Below, one piece after another: positions 20,765 through 35,500 of a stretch of DNA of 64,000 nucleotides (position 1 is its first letter; the number at the start of each line of letters is the position of its first letter). The notes beneath the pieces were generated by a model. That model was not told the origin of the DNA. It ran no database searches and worked only from the letters and a program-made list of their open reading frames with translations. This stretch comes from an uncultured delta proteobacterium (GTDB lineage Bacteria > Desulfobacterota > Desulfobacteria > Desulfobacterales > Desulfatirhabdiaceae). A program made the position numbers and the translations under genes. The stretch spans positions 3,993-67,992 of the forward strand of contig CAWJRD010000008.1 in the NCBI GenBank assembly GCA_963845015.1. Direction: 5' to 3'.

Positions 20765-20936
20765 GCCTCAATAAATGTCGTATGTAGGAGATTTCGCCGG
20801 TAAGATCAAGTGAAATCATTATTGTACTACATAGCTTCATCTGCAATGCATACATTTTCTTGAGGAAAGGGATTGTCCCCGAACAGAAGTCGGATAAGGG
20901 GAAGGTCTGTAGGGTGTGATAAATGAATGCCTGTTG

Positions 20937-21012
20937 GCGGGAGTAGCTCAGTTGGTAGAGCTCTAGCCTTCCAAGCTGGATGTCGCGAGTTCGAGTCTCG
21001 TCTCCCGCTCCA
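20937..21012 (+). tRNA. tRNA-Gly (anticodon UCC), CCA encoded.
   Basis: Acceptor gcgggag/ctcccgc. Anticodon arm ctagc-ctTCCaa-gctgg. Confidence 0.9.
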
Positions 21013-21059
21013 TAATTTCAACAGCCCGGCATTCTCTGATTGCCCCAAATTGTCTTATT

Positions 21060-21136
21060 GCCCACGTAGCTCAGTTGGTAGAGCGCTTCCTTGGTAAGGA
21101 AGAGGTTCATCGGTTCGACTCCGATCGTGGGCTCCA
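21060..21136 (+). tRNA. tRNA-Thr (anticodon GGU), CCA encoded.
   Basis: Acceptor gcccacg/cgtgggc. Anticodon arm cttcc-ttGGTaa-ggaag. Confidence 0.9.
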
Positions 21137-21235
21137 ATACAACAGATCAAGATCAGGGATCATACAGAAACGGAAACTATCGCAAAAAAGACGAATGGTT
21201 AAGCCTGAGCATCCGTTTTAATCATTATTCAGTAG

Positions 21236-22443
21236 GGAGGACAGTGAAATGGCGAAGGAAAAGTTTGATCGGTCGAAACCGCATGTGAATGTGGGAACGA
21301 TAGGACATATTGATCACGGGAAGACGACGCTGACAGCGGCGATAACCAAGCATAACGGTTTGAAGGGGATGGCCAAATATGTTCCGTTTGACCAGATTGA
21401 CAAGGCGCCCGAGGAAAAAGAGCGCGGGATCACGATAGCGACCGCGCACGTGGAGTACGAGACCAAGAATCGCCATTATGCGCATGTAGACTGTCCCGGC
21501 CATGCGGACTATATCAAGAACATGATTACGGGCGCGGCCCAGATGGATGGCGCGATACTGGTGGTGGCCGCGGACGACGGACCGATGCCGCAGACCCGGG
21601 AGCACATTTTGCTGGCCCGTCAGGTCGGGGTGCCGACCATGGTGGTTTTTTTGAACAAATGCGACATGGTGGATGATCCGGAACTGATCGAGCTGGTGGA
21701 GCTGGAGCTTCGCGAGCTTTTGAGCAAGTATGATTTTCCGGGCGATGACACGCCGATCATTCGGGGCAGTGCCTTAAAGGCGCTTGAGAGCGATGATCCG
21801 GACAGCGAAGAGGCCAAGTGCATTTTTGAATTGATGGCGGCGATCGATTCTTTTATTCCGGAGCCCAAGCGGGACATCGACAAGCCGTTTTTGATGCCGG
21901 TGGAGGATGTGTTCAGCATATCGGGCCGCGGGACCGTTGTTACGGGCCGCGTGGACCGCGGGAATCGTGAAGGTTGGCGAGGCTGTGGAGATCGTGGGGA
22001 TTCGGCCGACGCAAAAGACCGTGTGTACGGGTGTTGAGATGTTCAGAAAGCTTCTGGATGAGGGTCGTGCGGGAGACAACATCGGGGTTCTGCTGCGGGG
22101 CACCAAGCGCGAGGAAGTGGAGCGGGGACAGGTTGTGGCGCATCCGGGAACGATAACGCCGCACACCAAGTTCAAGGCGGAGGTGTATATTCTGAGCAAG
22201 GAAGAAGGCGGCAGGCACACGCCGTTTTTCAATGGATACCGGCCGCAGTTTTATTTTCGGACAACGGATGTGACAGGGATACTGTCGCTGCCGGAGGGTA
22301 TCGAGATGGTGATGCCCGGAGACAATGTGGCGATAACGGCGGAGCTGATCACGCCGATTGCCATGGAAAAAGAGCTTCGGTTTGCGATTCGTGAAGGCGG
22401 CCGAACCGTGGGCGCAGGCGTCGTCAGCGAAATTCTGGAATAA
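21236..22443 (+). repeat. Direct repeat unit 1 (RBS plus whole tuf ORF), about 1.2 kb, near-identical to 36152..37358.
   Basis: Identity starts at ggaggacagtgaaATG and stops exactly at the TAA. The lengths are 1208 and 1207 nt, and only scattered substitutions were seen (for example F/Y at 21847). Confidence 0.9.
21249..22443 (+). CDS. tuf: Elongation factor Tu, copy 1, with one extra A at 21963/21964.
   Basis: [33 protein letters not shown]. ORFs 21249..22037 and 21907..22443 rejoin at GRVDRG|[12 protein letters not shown]. Copy 2 has gggatcgtg where this copy has gggaatcgtg. Confidence 0.95.
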
Positions 22444-22458
22444 CAAAGGAGTCTTCTC

Positions 22459-22608
22459 GTGAGAGTGATTATTACCCTTGCATGTACGGAATGCAAAAGA
22501 AGAAACTACACCACAACCAAAAATAAGCGGACGACGCCGGACAAGCTGGAGTTCAGCAAATACTGCCGGTTCTGCAAAAAACATATTGCACACAAAGAAA
22601 CCAAATAG
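22459..22608 (+). CDS. rpmG: 50S ribosomal protein L33 (Zn-ribbon form).
   Basis: Starts at GTG and is not in the ORF track because it is under 60 aa. Product: [49 protein letters not shown]. Confidence 0.9.
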   Translation: MRVIITLACTECKRRNYTTTKNKRTTPDKLEFSKYCRFCKKHIAHKETK

Positions 22609-22670
22609 CCGATATCTCGGGATCCATTGAGCGGAAATTTCAATGGATTTTCTTTGTGAAAGGATTAAAC

Positions 22671-22746
22671 AGGCCAGTAGCTCTAACGGTAGAGCGTCGG
22701 ACTCCAAATCCGAGTGCTGGGGGTTCGAATCCCTCCTGGCCTGCCA
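22671..22746 (+). tRNA. tRNA-Trp (anticodon CCA).
   Basis: Acceptor aggccag/ctggcct. Anticodon arm tcgga-ctCCAaa-tccga. Confidence 0.9.
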
Positions 22747-22762
22747 CATCATTTGATGAGTA

Positions 22763-22827
22763 AAGCTCAAAGAAGGTCAGTGGTGGATACCGGCTGACAG
22801 CGTCCACTTTGAGCTTTCACTTTTTTT
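22763..22827 (+). terminator. Rho-independent terminator after tRNA-Trp.
   Basis: aagctcaaag (22763-72) pairs with ctttgagctt (22807-16). There is an inner gtcag/ctgac stem, followed by tcac and T7 (22821-27). Confidence 0.6.
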
Positions 22828-22836
22828 AGGAGAACA

Positions 22837-23231
22837 ATGGGACGGTTACTCAGAAAAAAAGAACCAGGCCTGAAAAAGAAAAACAAGAGTGATGAAAATA
22901 CATCCGCTGAATCCGAATCCGAAACAGCCGGCTTGAGCCTCACAAATCAATCTACTGCCGGAACTGTAAAAGAAAATCAGCAGAAAATCGCTTCTGTAAA
23001 AAAATCGAATGGCCGGCAGTGCGCATGTTTAAAATCAACAATAAATATGTTGACCAGGCACTGCAATTTCTCAGAGAAGTCAAGGTTGAATTAAAAAAAG
23101 TTGCCTGGCCTTCCCGAAAACAGGCAATGGGCTCTACCATTGTGGTTATCATGCTGGTGCTGCTGGTGTCATTTTTTTTAGGCATCGTGGATATCGGATT
23201 GTCCAGCCTGATTAAAGCTGTCCTGAGCTAG
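22837..23231 (+). CDS. secE: Preprotein translocase SecE with a Lys-rich N-terminal extension of about 60 aa. The two parts join only if the A7 run at 22998-23004 is really A8.
   Basis: The core is FLREVKVELKKVAWPSRKQAMGSTIVVIMLVLLVSFFLGIVDIGLSSLI (23019-frame). The only good RBS (aggag at 22828-32) serves ATG 22837, whereas GTG 23019 has none. Confidence 0.7.
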
Positions 23232-23242
23232 GAGAAAAGCAA

Positions 23243-23773
23243 GTGCCTCTTAAATGGTATATTGTCCATGTTTATTCTGGATTTGAAAATAAAGTCAAGC
23301 TGGCATTGGATGAACGCATAGCGACTTCTCCGCATCCGGAGAAATTCGGTGAAGTGCTTGTGCCGACTGAACAGGTTGTGGAACTGGTTAAAGGGAAACG
23401 GAAGGAGTCCTCCCGCAAATTTTATCCCGGCTATATTCTGGTCAGAGTGGAGTTGGACGATGAAACCTGGCATATTGTCAATGATACGGCAAAGGTAACG
23501 GGATTTCTGGGAGGAAAGGAAAAACCGACGCCGCTTTCAGATGAAGAAGCTGCCCAGATATTGAACCGTATGGAGGCCGGGAAACAGAAACCCAAACCCA
23601 AATTCTATTTTGAACCCGGCGATGAAATTCGCGTCGTTGATGGGCCTTTCTCAAATTTTAATGGAACGGTTGATGAAGTGAACCCGGAAAAGGGGAAAAT
23701 CAGGGTTCTGGTAAGTATTTTCGGGAGAGCCACGCCGGTTGAATTGGAATTTGTCCAAGTCATCAAGTTATAA
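23243..23773 (+). CDS. nusG: Transcription termination/antitermination factor NusG.
   Basis: Starts at GTG. KWYIVHVYSGFENKV, YPGYILVRV, and the KOW motif GDEIRVVDGPFSNFNGTVDEVNPEKGKIRVLVSIFGR. Confidence 0.95.
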   Translation: MPLKWYIVHVYSGFENKVKLALDERIATSPHPEKFGEVLVPTEQVVELVKGKRKESSRKFYPGYILVRVELDDETWHIVNDTAKVTGFLGGKEKPTPLSDEEAAQILNRMEAGKQKPKPKFYFEPGDEIRVVDGPFSNFNGTVDEVNPEKGKIRVLVSIFGRATPVELEFVQVIKL

Positions 23774-23794
23774 TATCAGGAGTATTGAAATACA

Positions 23795-24217
23795 ATGGCC
23801 AAAAAGGTGATTGCACAGATCAAGTTGCAGGTTACGGCTGGAAAAGCCAATCCTTCACCCCCAATCGGTCCGGCATTGGGCCAGCACGGGGTCAATATTA
23901 TGGAATTCTGTAAGGCGTTCAACGCCAGGACCGCCAATGATGAAGGCATGATCATACCGGCTGTCATCACGGTGTACCAGGACAGAACCTTTACATTTAT
24001 CACAAAGACGCCTCCTGCATCTGTTCTCCTAAAGAAAGCAGCCAAAATTGCCAAAGGCGCCGGCGACCCGAAACGTGACAAGGTCGCTAAACTGACAATG
24101 GATCAGATTACAGAAATCGCCAGGCTGAAAATGGTGGATTTGAACGCGAATGATCTGGATGCAGCATGTAAAATTATCATGGGTACAGCCAGAAGTATGG
24201 GGATTGAAGTTGGCTAA
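23795..24217 (+). CDS. rplK: 50S ribosomal protein L11.
   Basis: [43 protein letters not shown]. Confidence 0.97.
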   Translation: MAKKVIAQIKLQVTAGKANPSPPIGPALGQHGVNIMEFCKAFNARTANDEGMIIPAVITVYQDRTFTFITKTPPASVLLKKAAKIAKGAGDPKRDKVAKLTMDQITEIARLKMVDLNANDLDAACKIIMGTARSMGIEVG

Positions 24218-24240
24218 AGTAAAAAGGAGTTAAAGGGATT

Positions 24241-24945
24241 ATGCCGAAGCGGGGGAAAAAATACTTAGAATCACAGAAGAAAATTGACATAACGAAACGG
24301 CATGCCTTGGCCGAAGCAGTCCAGGTGGCTCTTGAATCATCTTTTGTCAAATTTGATGAAACAGTGGATGTGGCCGTTCGTCTGGGTGTCGATCCCAGAC
24401 ACGCGGATCAAATGGTTCGAGGAACAGTCGTTCTGCCCAATGGGTTGGGCAAGGAAGTGAAGATTCTCGTGTTTGCCAAAGGCGAAAAGGAAAAAGAAGC
24501 GCTTGAAGCAGGTGCCGATTTTGCAGGCAATGACGAGTTGATAGAAAAAATCAAGGAAGGCTGGACAGGCTTCGATAAGGCTGTGGCAACTCCGGACATG
24601 ATGGGCACGGTTGGTAAAATCGGAAAAATCCTGGGACCCAGAGGATTGATGCCGAATGCCAAAACAGGAACCGTGACCTTCGATGTGGCAAGAGCAGTCA
24701 ATGAGCTTAAGGCCGGAAAAATCGATTTTCGGGTTGAGAAGGCCGGAATTGTTCATGTCCCGGTTGGAAAAGTATCCTTCGGTGTCGAAAAGCTTGTCCA
24801 GAATGTTACGGCCTTTCTTGAAACCATTATCCGCATCAAGCCTTCCACAAGCAAGGGCACTTATTTGAAGGGACTGGCCATTTCAACGACCATGGGGCCA
24901 GGTGTCAAGGTGGATACGGGGTCACTGAAGGACATGATCCGGTAG
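24241..24945 (+). CDS. rplA: 50S ribosomal protein L1.
   Basis: [16 protein letters not shown]...[31 protein letters not shown]. Confidence 0.97.
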   Translation: MPKRGKKYLESQKKIDITKRHALAEAVQVALESSFVKFDETVDVAVRLGVDPRHADQMVRGTVVLPNGLGKEVKILVFAKGEKEKEALEAGADFAGNDELIEKIKEGWTGFDKAVATPDMMGTVGKIGKILGPRGLMPNAKTGTVTFDVARAVNELKAGKIDFRVEKAGIVHVPVGKVSFGVEKLVQNVTAFLETIIRIKPSTSKGTYLKGLAISTTMGPGVKVDTGSLKDMIR

Positions 24946-25244
24946 CGTGTATGCTGTCAATGCTTCGAACGCAGTATAAATTTGATTACAAAGACGATCA
25001 CATAAAGCTGGAACTTTAAACTCGCTTAGCGGATTTAACATAAATCCTCCAAGCGAGTCATTATCCTGTCAAAGACCGTAGGTGCACACGTTTGGTGTTT
25101 AATCGGCATTGCTGGCCTACCGAGATGGGTTTAACGAATTGAAAGAAGCGGATGGTATTCGTCTTTTCAATCCGGTCCATAAAACCTCAAATCGTAATTG
25201 CCTCCGGGATGATAACAGCTGAAGAAAGGAGGTGTAATTAATCT
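24946..25244 (+). promoter_or_regulatory. Putative rplJ (L10) leader region.
   Basis: A 299-nt untranslated gap precedes rplJ, as in L10-leader-regulated operons. It has a strong hairpin at 25020-25058 (actcgctt...aagcgagt with inner ggattta/taaatcc) and gaccgtaggtg...cctaccgag elements. The Rfam RF00557 match has not been tested. Confidence 0.35.
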
Positions 25245-25775
25245 GTGAAATTAGAGAAAAAAAAGCAGATCGTTGCGGATCTTGAGGAGAAATTCGCAAG
25301 ATCCAAGATCGTCATTCTGACAAATTTTAATGGTCTTGATGTGGCAACAATGAGTTCTTTGCGCAGACAGCTCAGAGAAGCCAAGGTTGAATATCGCGTC
25401 GTTAAAAACTCTTTGCTTGCACGTGCTTCGGAAAACAACACGGTTGCATTGATCAAAGACAAATTGAAAGAAGCCAGTGCGGTTGCGTACAGCTTTGATG
25501 ACCCAGTGGCGCCTGCAAAAGTCTTAAGCGCTTTTGCAAAGGAAAATGAGAAGTTTAAGATCAAAGCAGGCGTTCTGCAGGGCAAGGTGCTGAATGCAGA
25601 CGCTATTCTTGCGCTATCGATGCTGCCTTCCCGCGAAGTATTGCTGGGACAGTTGCTGTCTGTCATGGTCGGTGTACCGACCGCGATGGTGCGTGCGTTG
25701 AATAATATTCCCCAAAAATTCCTATATGTATTGACTGCCTTAAAAGATCAAAAAGAACAGGCGATTACAGAATAA
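25245..25775 (+). CDS. rplJ: 50S ribosomal protein L10.
   Basis: Starts at GTG. KLEKKKQIVADLEEKFARSKIVILTNFNGLDVATMSSLRRQLREA. Confidence 0.95.
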   Translation: MKLEKKKQIVADLEEKFARSKIVILTNFNGLDVATMSSLRRQLREAKVEYRVVKNSLLARASENNTVALIKDKLKEASAVAYSFDDPVAPAKVLSAFAKENEKFKIKAGVLQGKVLNADAILALSMLPSREVLLGQLLSVMVGVPTAMVRALNNIPQKFLYVLTALKDQKEQAITE

Positions 25776-25814
25776 GTTGTTTGATGTTGAAGTGTAAACT
25801 GGAGGATACGAACG

Positions 25815-26195
25815 ATGGCTGATATTACAAAAGCAGATGTTATTGAATTTATAGCAAATATGACAGTTCTGGAGCTTTCTGAACTGGTTAAGGAAATGGA
25901 AGAAAAATTTGGTGTTTCCGCAGCAGCTCCTGTTGCGATGGTTGCGGCCGCCAGCGCCGCTGTGGCCGCCCCGGCCGAGGAACAAACCGAATTTACGGCA
26001 ATACTTACCGGCTTTGGAGATAAAAAAATCCAGGTCATCAAGGAAGTCAGGGCGTTAACCGGTCTGGGACTGAAAGAAGCCAAGGATCTGGTTGACGGGG
26101 TGCCAAAACCTGTCAAAGAAGGCGTATCCAAGGAAGAGGCTGAAAAAATCAAAGCCGTAATCGAAGAAGCTGGCGGCCAGGTTGAAATAAAATAG
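25815..26195 (+). CDS. rplL: 50S ribosomal protein L7/L12.
   Basis: [34 protein letters not shown], an Ala-rich hinge, then [24 protein letters not shown]. Confidence 0.97.
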   Translation: MADITKADVIEFIANMTVLELSELVKEMEEKFGVSAAAPVAMVAAASAAVAAPAEEQTEFTAILTGFGDKKIQVIKEVRALTGLGLKEAKDLVDGVPKPVKEGVSKEEAEKIKAVIEEAGGQVEIK

Positions 26196-26224
26196 CATCA
26201 GGCAAGTTTTCAGGGATTACAAAC

Positions 26225-26265
26225 GGAGATGGGATGAAAGGACTCAGGCCTTAAATCCCATTTCC
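26225..26265 (+). terminator. Hairpin in the rplL-rpoB spacer, a candidate attenuator.
   Basis: ggagatgggat (26225-35) pairs with atcccatttcc (26255-65), giving 11 bp including one G-U. The U-tract is weak (gcttta). The position matches the known rplL-rpoB attenuator of other bacteria. Confidence 0.35.
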
Positions 26266-26296
26266 GCTTTATCGAAACCTTTAATTTGGAGCTGCC

Positions 26297-30405
<4,109 letters not shown>

Positions 30406-30542
30406 TGACTGCGTAAAAGTCCGTCTGATCGACCGCTGACCGTTTCACCGTTACAATTACAAGTGATGCGATGCTACGGTCGAACGGTCAACTGCGATTA
30501 TGACTTTATACGGTTCCAGCAAGAATAATAAGGAGAGAATTT

Positions 30543-33500
30543 TTGGAAACGCTATACGATTTTTTCGCCAAACCCATGGATCCCAAACGGTACACAGGTG
30601 TACGAATTGCCCTGGCATCTCCGGAGCAGATCCTTAAATGGTCCCATGGTGAGATAAAGAAGCCGGAAACCATTAATTATCGAACGTTTAAACCCGAACG
30701 CGATGGGTTGTTCTGCGCAAAAATATTTGGCCCGACAAAAGACTATGAATGTAATTGCGGCAAATACAAACGGATGAAACACCGGGGTGTCATCTGTGAA
30801 AAATGCGGTGTGGAGGTCATACAGTCCAAAGTCCGCCGGGAACGCATGGCGCATATTGAACTGGCCTGTCCCGTGGCGCATATCTGGTTTCTCAAAAGTC
30901 TTCCCAGTAAAATCGGCAACCTGCTGGATCTGACACTTAAAAACCTTGAAAAGGTTCTGTATTTCGATAGCTACATTGTCATTGATCCGAAAGAAACGAC
31001 CCTGGTGCGCGGCCAGCTTCTTTCGGATGATAAATACCGCGATGCCCTGGAAGCATTCGGCCCCAAATTTGAAGCCGGCATCGGCGCCGAAGCCATAAAA
31101 ACGCTGCTGGATGATATTGACCTTCAGGCGATTTATCAGCAGCTTCGGGTCGAAATCCGCACCAGCAATTCATCCGCCAAACGCCAAAAAATGGCCAAGC
31201 GGCTGAAAATCGTGGATGCCTTCAGGCGATCCGGCATCGATCCCACCTGGATGATCATGGATGTCATTCCGGTATTGCCGCCGGATCTGCGGCCCCTGGT
31301 TCCGCTTGAAGGCGGCCGGTTCGCCACTTCCGATCTCAACGATCTATATCGTCGGGTCATCAATCGGAACAACCGGTTGAAACGCCTGATCGAACTGCGG
31401 GCTCCGGATATCATCATTCGAAATGAAAAGCGCATGCTGCAGGAGGCCGTGGATGTTCTTTTTGACAATGGCCGGCATGGAAGGGTCATCACCGGAACCA
31501 ATAAACGTCCGCTGAAATCGCTCAGCGACACGCTGAAGGGAAAGCAGGGCCGGTTTCGCCAGAATCTGCTGGGCAAACGCGTGGATTATTCCGGCAGAAC
31601 GGTTATTACCGTGGGTCCGAATCTCCGGCTTCACCAGTGCGGTCTTCCCAAAAAGATGGCCCTGGAGCTTTTTAAGCCCTTTGTCTATTACCGCCTGGAA
31701 CAAAAGGGGCTGGTGCAAACGGTTAAAAGCGCCAAAAAAATGGTCGAAAGTGAAGATCCCCAGGTCTGGGATACCCTTGATGAAGTGGTGCGCGAATATC
31801 CGGTGATGTTGAACCGTGCGCCCACGCTCCACCGGCTGGGAATTCAGGCTTTTGAGCCGATTTTGATCGAGGGAAAAGCGATTCAACTGCATCCGCTCGT
31901 GTGTACGGCATTCAATGCCGACTTTGACGGTGACCAGATGGCGGTACACATCCCCCTTTCGGTCGAGTCTCAGATTGAAGCCCGCATCCTCATGCTGTCC
32001 AGCAACAACATCCTTTCTCCGGCAAACGGGAGCCCCATCATCGTTCCCAGCCAGGACATCGTTCTGGGTATTTACTATATGACCCGTGAGGTGGCGGGCG
32101 CCAAAGGCGAAGGCATGTTGTTTGCGGGTCCCGAAGAAGTTCGCTCGGCTTATGACGCCGGAGTCGCTGCCCTTCATGCCGGGATAACGGTGCGTATTCA
32201 TGGAAAACGCATGAAGTCAACCGTTGGCAGAATGCTGCTGTGGGAAATCATGCCCAAGGATACGGTGATGGTGCTTCGCCGCATCATGACGGCAACCCGC
32301 GATGAAGCCATGCAGGTAAAGGAAGAACTCGGCGGCGGCGCTTCATTTGCGGCATTGGTCCAAAAGTATTCCCAGCATCCGGACAAAGCGCAAAAGGGGC
32401 TGATCGGCCGGCTCAGAAGCGAGGAGTTCAAGCGGGTATTTCCGGCAACCGAAGAAGAGGTGGACGCGCTGTTTTCGCTGAATCCCGGCGATACCAGCGA
32501 AATCATGAGCTTTGACGACGCCTACCATGTTTTTGAAGTCATTGACCGCATGCCGGAGATTCCCTTTGATGTGATTAACAACGTGATGGATAAAAAGTCG
32601 CTTCGCGATCTGGTCGACTATGCCTACCGCAACCTGGGGCCGAAATCCACTGTCATTCTGGCGGACCGGATTAAAGACATCGGCTACCGGTATTCGACAG
32701 AGGCCGGTCTTTCCATTTCCATCGATGCCATGATTATTCCGGATGCAAAAGCAAAAATATTGAAACTTGCCGAAGAACGGGTCAAGGAAATCGAAAAGCA
32801 ATACACGGAAGGGCTGATTACGCCGGGTGAAAAATATAACAAGGTCGTTGATATCTGGGCCAAGGCTACAGATGATGTGGCCAACGAAATGATGGAAGCC
32901 ATGAAAATGGAAAAAGTCGATAAAGACGGCAAATCCATTTTTCAGGAAAGCATGAATCCCATTTACATGATGGCCGATTCGGGAGCCAGGGGCAGCAAGG
33001 ATCAGATGCGCCAGCTTGCGGGCATGCGCGGACTGATGGCCAAGCCTTCCGGAGAAATCATTGAAACGCCGATTACGGCAAATTTTCGTGAAGGGCTCTC
33101 GGTCCTTCAGTACTTCATCTCGACGCATGGCGCGCGTAAAGGCCTTGCCGACACGGCATTAAAAACAGCCAACTCCGGATACCTGACCCGGCGACTGGCG
33201 GATGTGGCTCAGGATTGCGTGGTCAGTGACGATGACTGCGGGACGCTGATGGGGGTCGATGTCGAGCCCTTGACAGAAGGCGGCGAAGTGATTCAGCGAC
33301 TTGGGGACCGTATTCTGGGGCGCGTGGCCTGTGAAGACATTTTGGATCCCTATACCGATGAAGTTCTGTTTACGACGGGAACCGAACTGGATGAAGTTGC
33401 GGTCAAGATCATTGAAGATGCCGGCCTGAAAAAAGTTCGGATTCGAAGCGTTCTGACCTGCAAATCCGATCATGGCGTTTGCGCCAAGTGCTATGGCCGT

Positions 33501-34956
33501 GATCTGGCGCATGGCCGCACCGTCGAAATCGGACAGGCTGTCGGGATTCTGGCGGCCCAGTCCATCGGGGAGCCGGGAACCCAGTTGACGATGCGCACCT
33601 TTCATATCGGCGGAACAGCCAGCCGCCGCGTGGAACAGGCGGATATCCGCGCGCGGGTGGACGGCACGGTAAAATTTCAGGATCTGGTTGTCGAGGCCAA
33701 TTCTGAAGAACACGAAATTGTCATGAACCGAAAAGGCGGGGAATTTGCCATCATCGGTGAAACCGGGCGAAAACTGGAACAGTTTTCCGTGATCTTTGGC
33801 GCCCATGTTCATGTGAAAGAACGATCAGAAAGTAAAGGTCGGAGATCTGCTGGCAACCTGGGATCCCTTTACCACCCCGATTATTTCGGAAGTCAAGGGC
33901 ACGGTAAAATTCGGTGATATTACACAGAACAAAACCATGCAGGAAAAAGTGGATCCGGTTACCCTGAAATCGAGCCGAACCATTGTCGAGTCCAAAAATA
34001 TCGACGAACGGCCGAGGATTTCGATCAAGGACGCTGACGGAAAGACCGCCAAGCTGCCAAGGTCCAGCGGATGGGCACGGTATATGCTGCCCGTGGACGC
34101 CATCTTGCTGGTTGAAGAAGGGGACGAAGTCAAGGCCGGCGATGTGGTGGCCAAGCTGCCGCGGGCCACGACCAAGACAAAGGACATTACCGGTGGTCTT
34201 CCGCGGGTGGCCGAACTGTTTGAAGTCCGAAAACCCAAGGACATTGCCGTCCTGAGTGAAATCGACGGCTATGTCGCGATTGCAAAGAGCAGCAAGAAGG
34301 GCAAGCAGAAAGTGACCATTACGCCGGTCGATGTCGGCGAGAAGAAAGAGTACCTGATTCCCCGCGGAAAACACATCAATGTGATCGAAGGAGATTATAT
34401 CCGGGCCGGGGAGCCGCTCATCGGCGGGTCCAAAATTCCCCAGGATATTTTGAATATCAAGGGCGAAATCGAACTGGCGCGATATCTGGTAAATGAAGTC
34501 CAGGAGGTTTACAGGCTTCAGGGCGTGCGCATCAACGACAAGCATATCGAGGTCATTGTTCGGCAGATGATGCGCAGGGTGAAGATTACACAGGTCGGAG
34601 ACACCGATTTTATCCAGGACGAGCAGATCGACAAGCTCCGGTTCCAGCAAGTCAACGCAGACATCGTCGATAAAATCTTCGAAGAAGCGGACAGTACCGG
34701 TAAAATTGTTGCCAGGCATGGCGTTCCGGCAAAGGCGGAGCCGCTGATTCTGGGGATCACCAAAGCGTCGCTGAGCACCGAAAGCTTTATTTCAGCAGCT
34801 TCATTTCAGGAAACCACAAAGGTTCTGACGGATGCCAGCATTGCCGGCGCCGTGGATGGCCTTCGCGGCCTGAAAGAAAATGTGATCATGGGAAGAACCA
34901 TTCCCGCGGGCACCGGATTTCCGGCGTATCGCGACATCAGAATCGATGCATCCTGA
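30543..34956 (+). CDS. rpoC: DNA-directed RNA polymerase beta-prime subunit. It starts at TTG, has one extra base near 33822, and carries a parvulin-like insert at 32262-32555 in addition to an SI3-type insert.
   Basis: Zn motif [23 protein letters not shown], the catalytic [35 protein letters not shown], and the trigger loop [16 protein letters not shown]...[13 protein letters not shown]. Confidence 0.97.
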
Positions 34957-34977
34957 AGCAGTAAAGAGACAAAAGAC

Positions 34978-35006
34978 TTGACAAATTGTACGGATCTATA
35001 TAAAAG
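34978..35006 (+). promoter_or_regulatory. Sigma70-like promoter candidate upstream of rpsL.
   Basis: TTGACA (34978-83) is followed by tatataaaag. Possible -10 elements are TATAAA (spacer 15) or TAAAAG (spacer 17). Confidence 0.3.
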
Positions 35007-35068
35007 AACTAATTTTACTTTATGCAAGTTCTAATTTTGTTCCAATAGAAGCGATCGAAGGGGAAAAA

Positions 35069-35440
35069 ATGCCTACAATTAACCAGCTGGTAAGAAAGGG
35101 AAGAGATCGGGTCAAGAAGAAGACCAATACGCCTGCCTTGAAAGGAGCGCCTCAGAAAAGAGGGGTTTGTACCCGAGTATACACTTCAACGCCCAAAAAA
35201 CCGAACTCCGCGCTCAGAAAAGTCGCCAGGGTAAGGCTGACAACCGGTATTGAAATCACGGCGTATATTCCGGGTATCGGACATAACCTTCAGGAGCACT
35301 CGGTTGTTCTGGTTCGCGGGGGCCGCGTGAAAGATCTTCCCGGTGTGCGATATCATATCATCAGAGGAACACTGGATACGCTAGGTGTGGATGACCGGAA
35401 GCAGAGCCGATCAAAATATGGCGCCAAGAAACCCAAATAA
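35069..35440 (+). CDS. rpsL: 30S ribosomal protein S12.
   Basis: [51 protein letters not shown]. Confidence 0.98.
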   Translation: MPTINQLVRKGRDRVKKKTNTPALKGAPQKRGVCTRVYTSTPKKPNSALRKVARVRLTTGIEITAYIPGIGHNLQEHSVVLVRGGRVKDLPGVRYHIIRGTLDTLGVDDRKQSRSKYGAKKPK

Positions 35441-35500
35441 ATTAAGATGTCGATCGCTTAAGGGTTAACAAGTAACTTTTTAGAGAAAATGGTGTAGGAT

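Noticed and set aside
20536-20787. An 83-aa ORF spanning the tRNA-Thr/tRNA-Tyr region, together with the minus-strand ORFs 20613..20855 and 20827..21048.
   Set aside because: The sequence folds into canonical tRNAs, so these ORFs are translation artefacts of tRNA genes.
30406-30542. Interleaved inverted repeats in the rpoB-rpoC spacer (tcgaccg...tgaccgtt...cggtcga...aacggtca), considered as a structured regulatory RNA.
   Set aside because: The arm order is A-B-A'-B', so it is not a simple hairpin, and a pseudoknot is speculative. There is no conservation data, so I did not call it.
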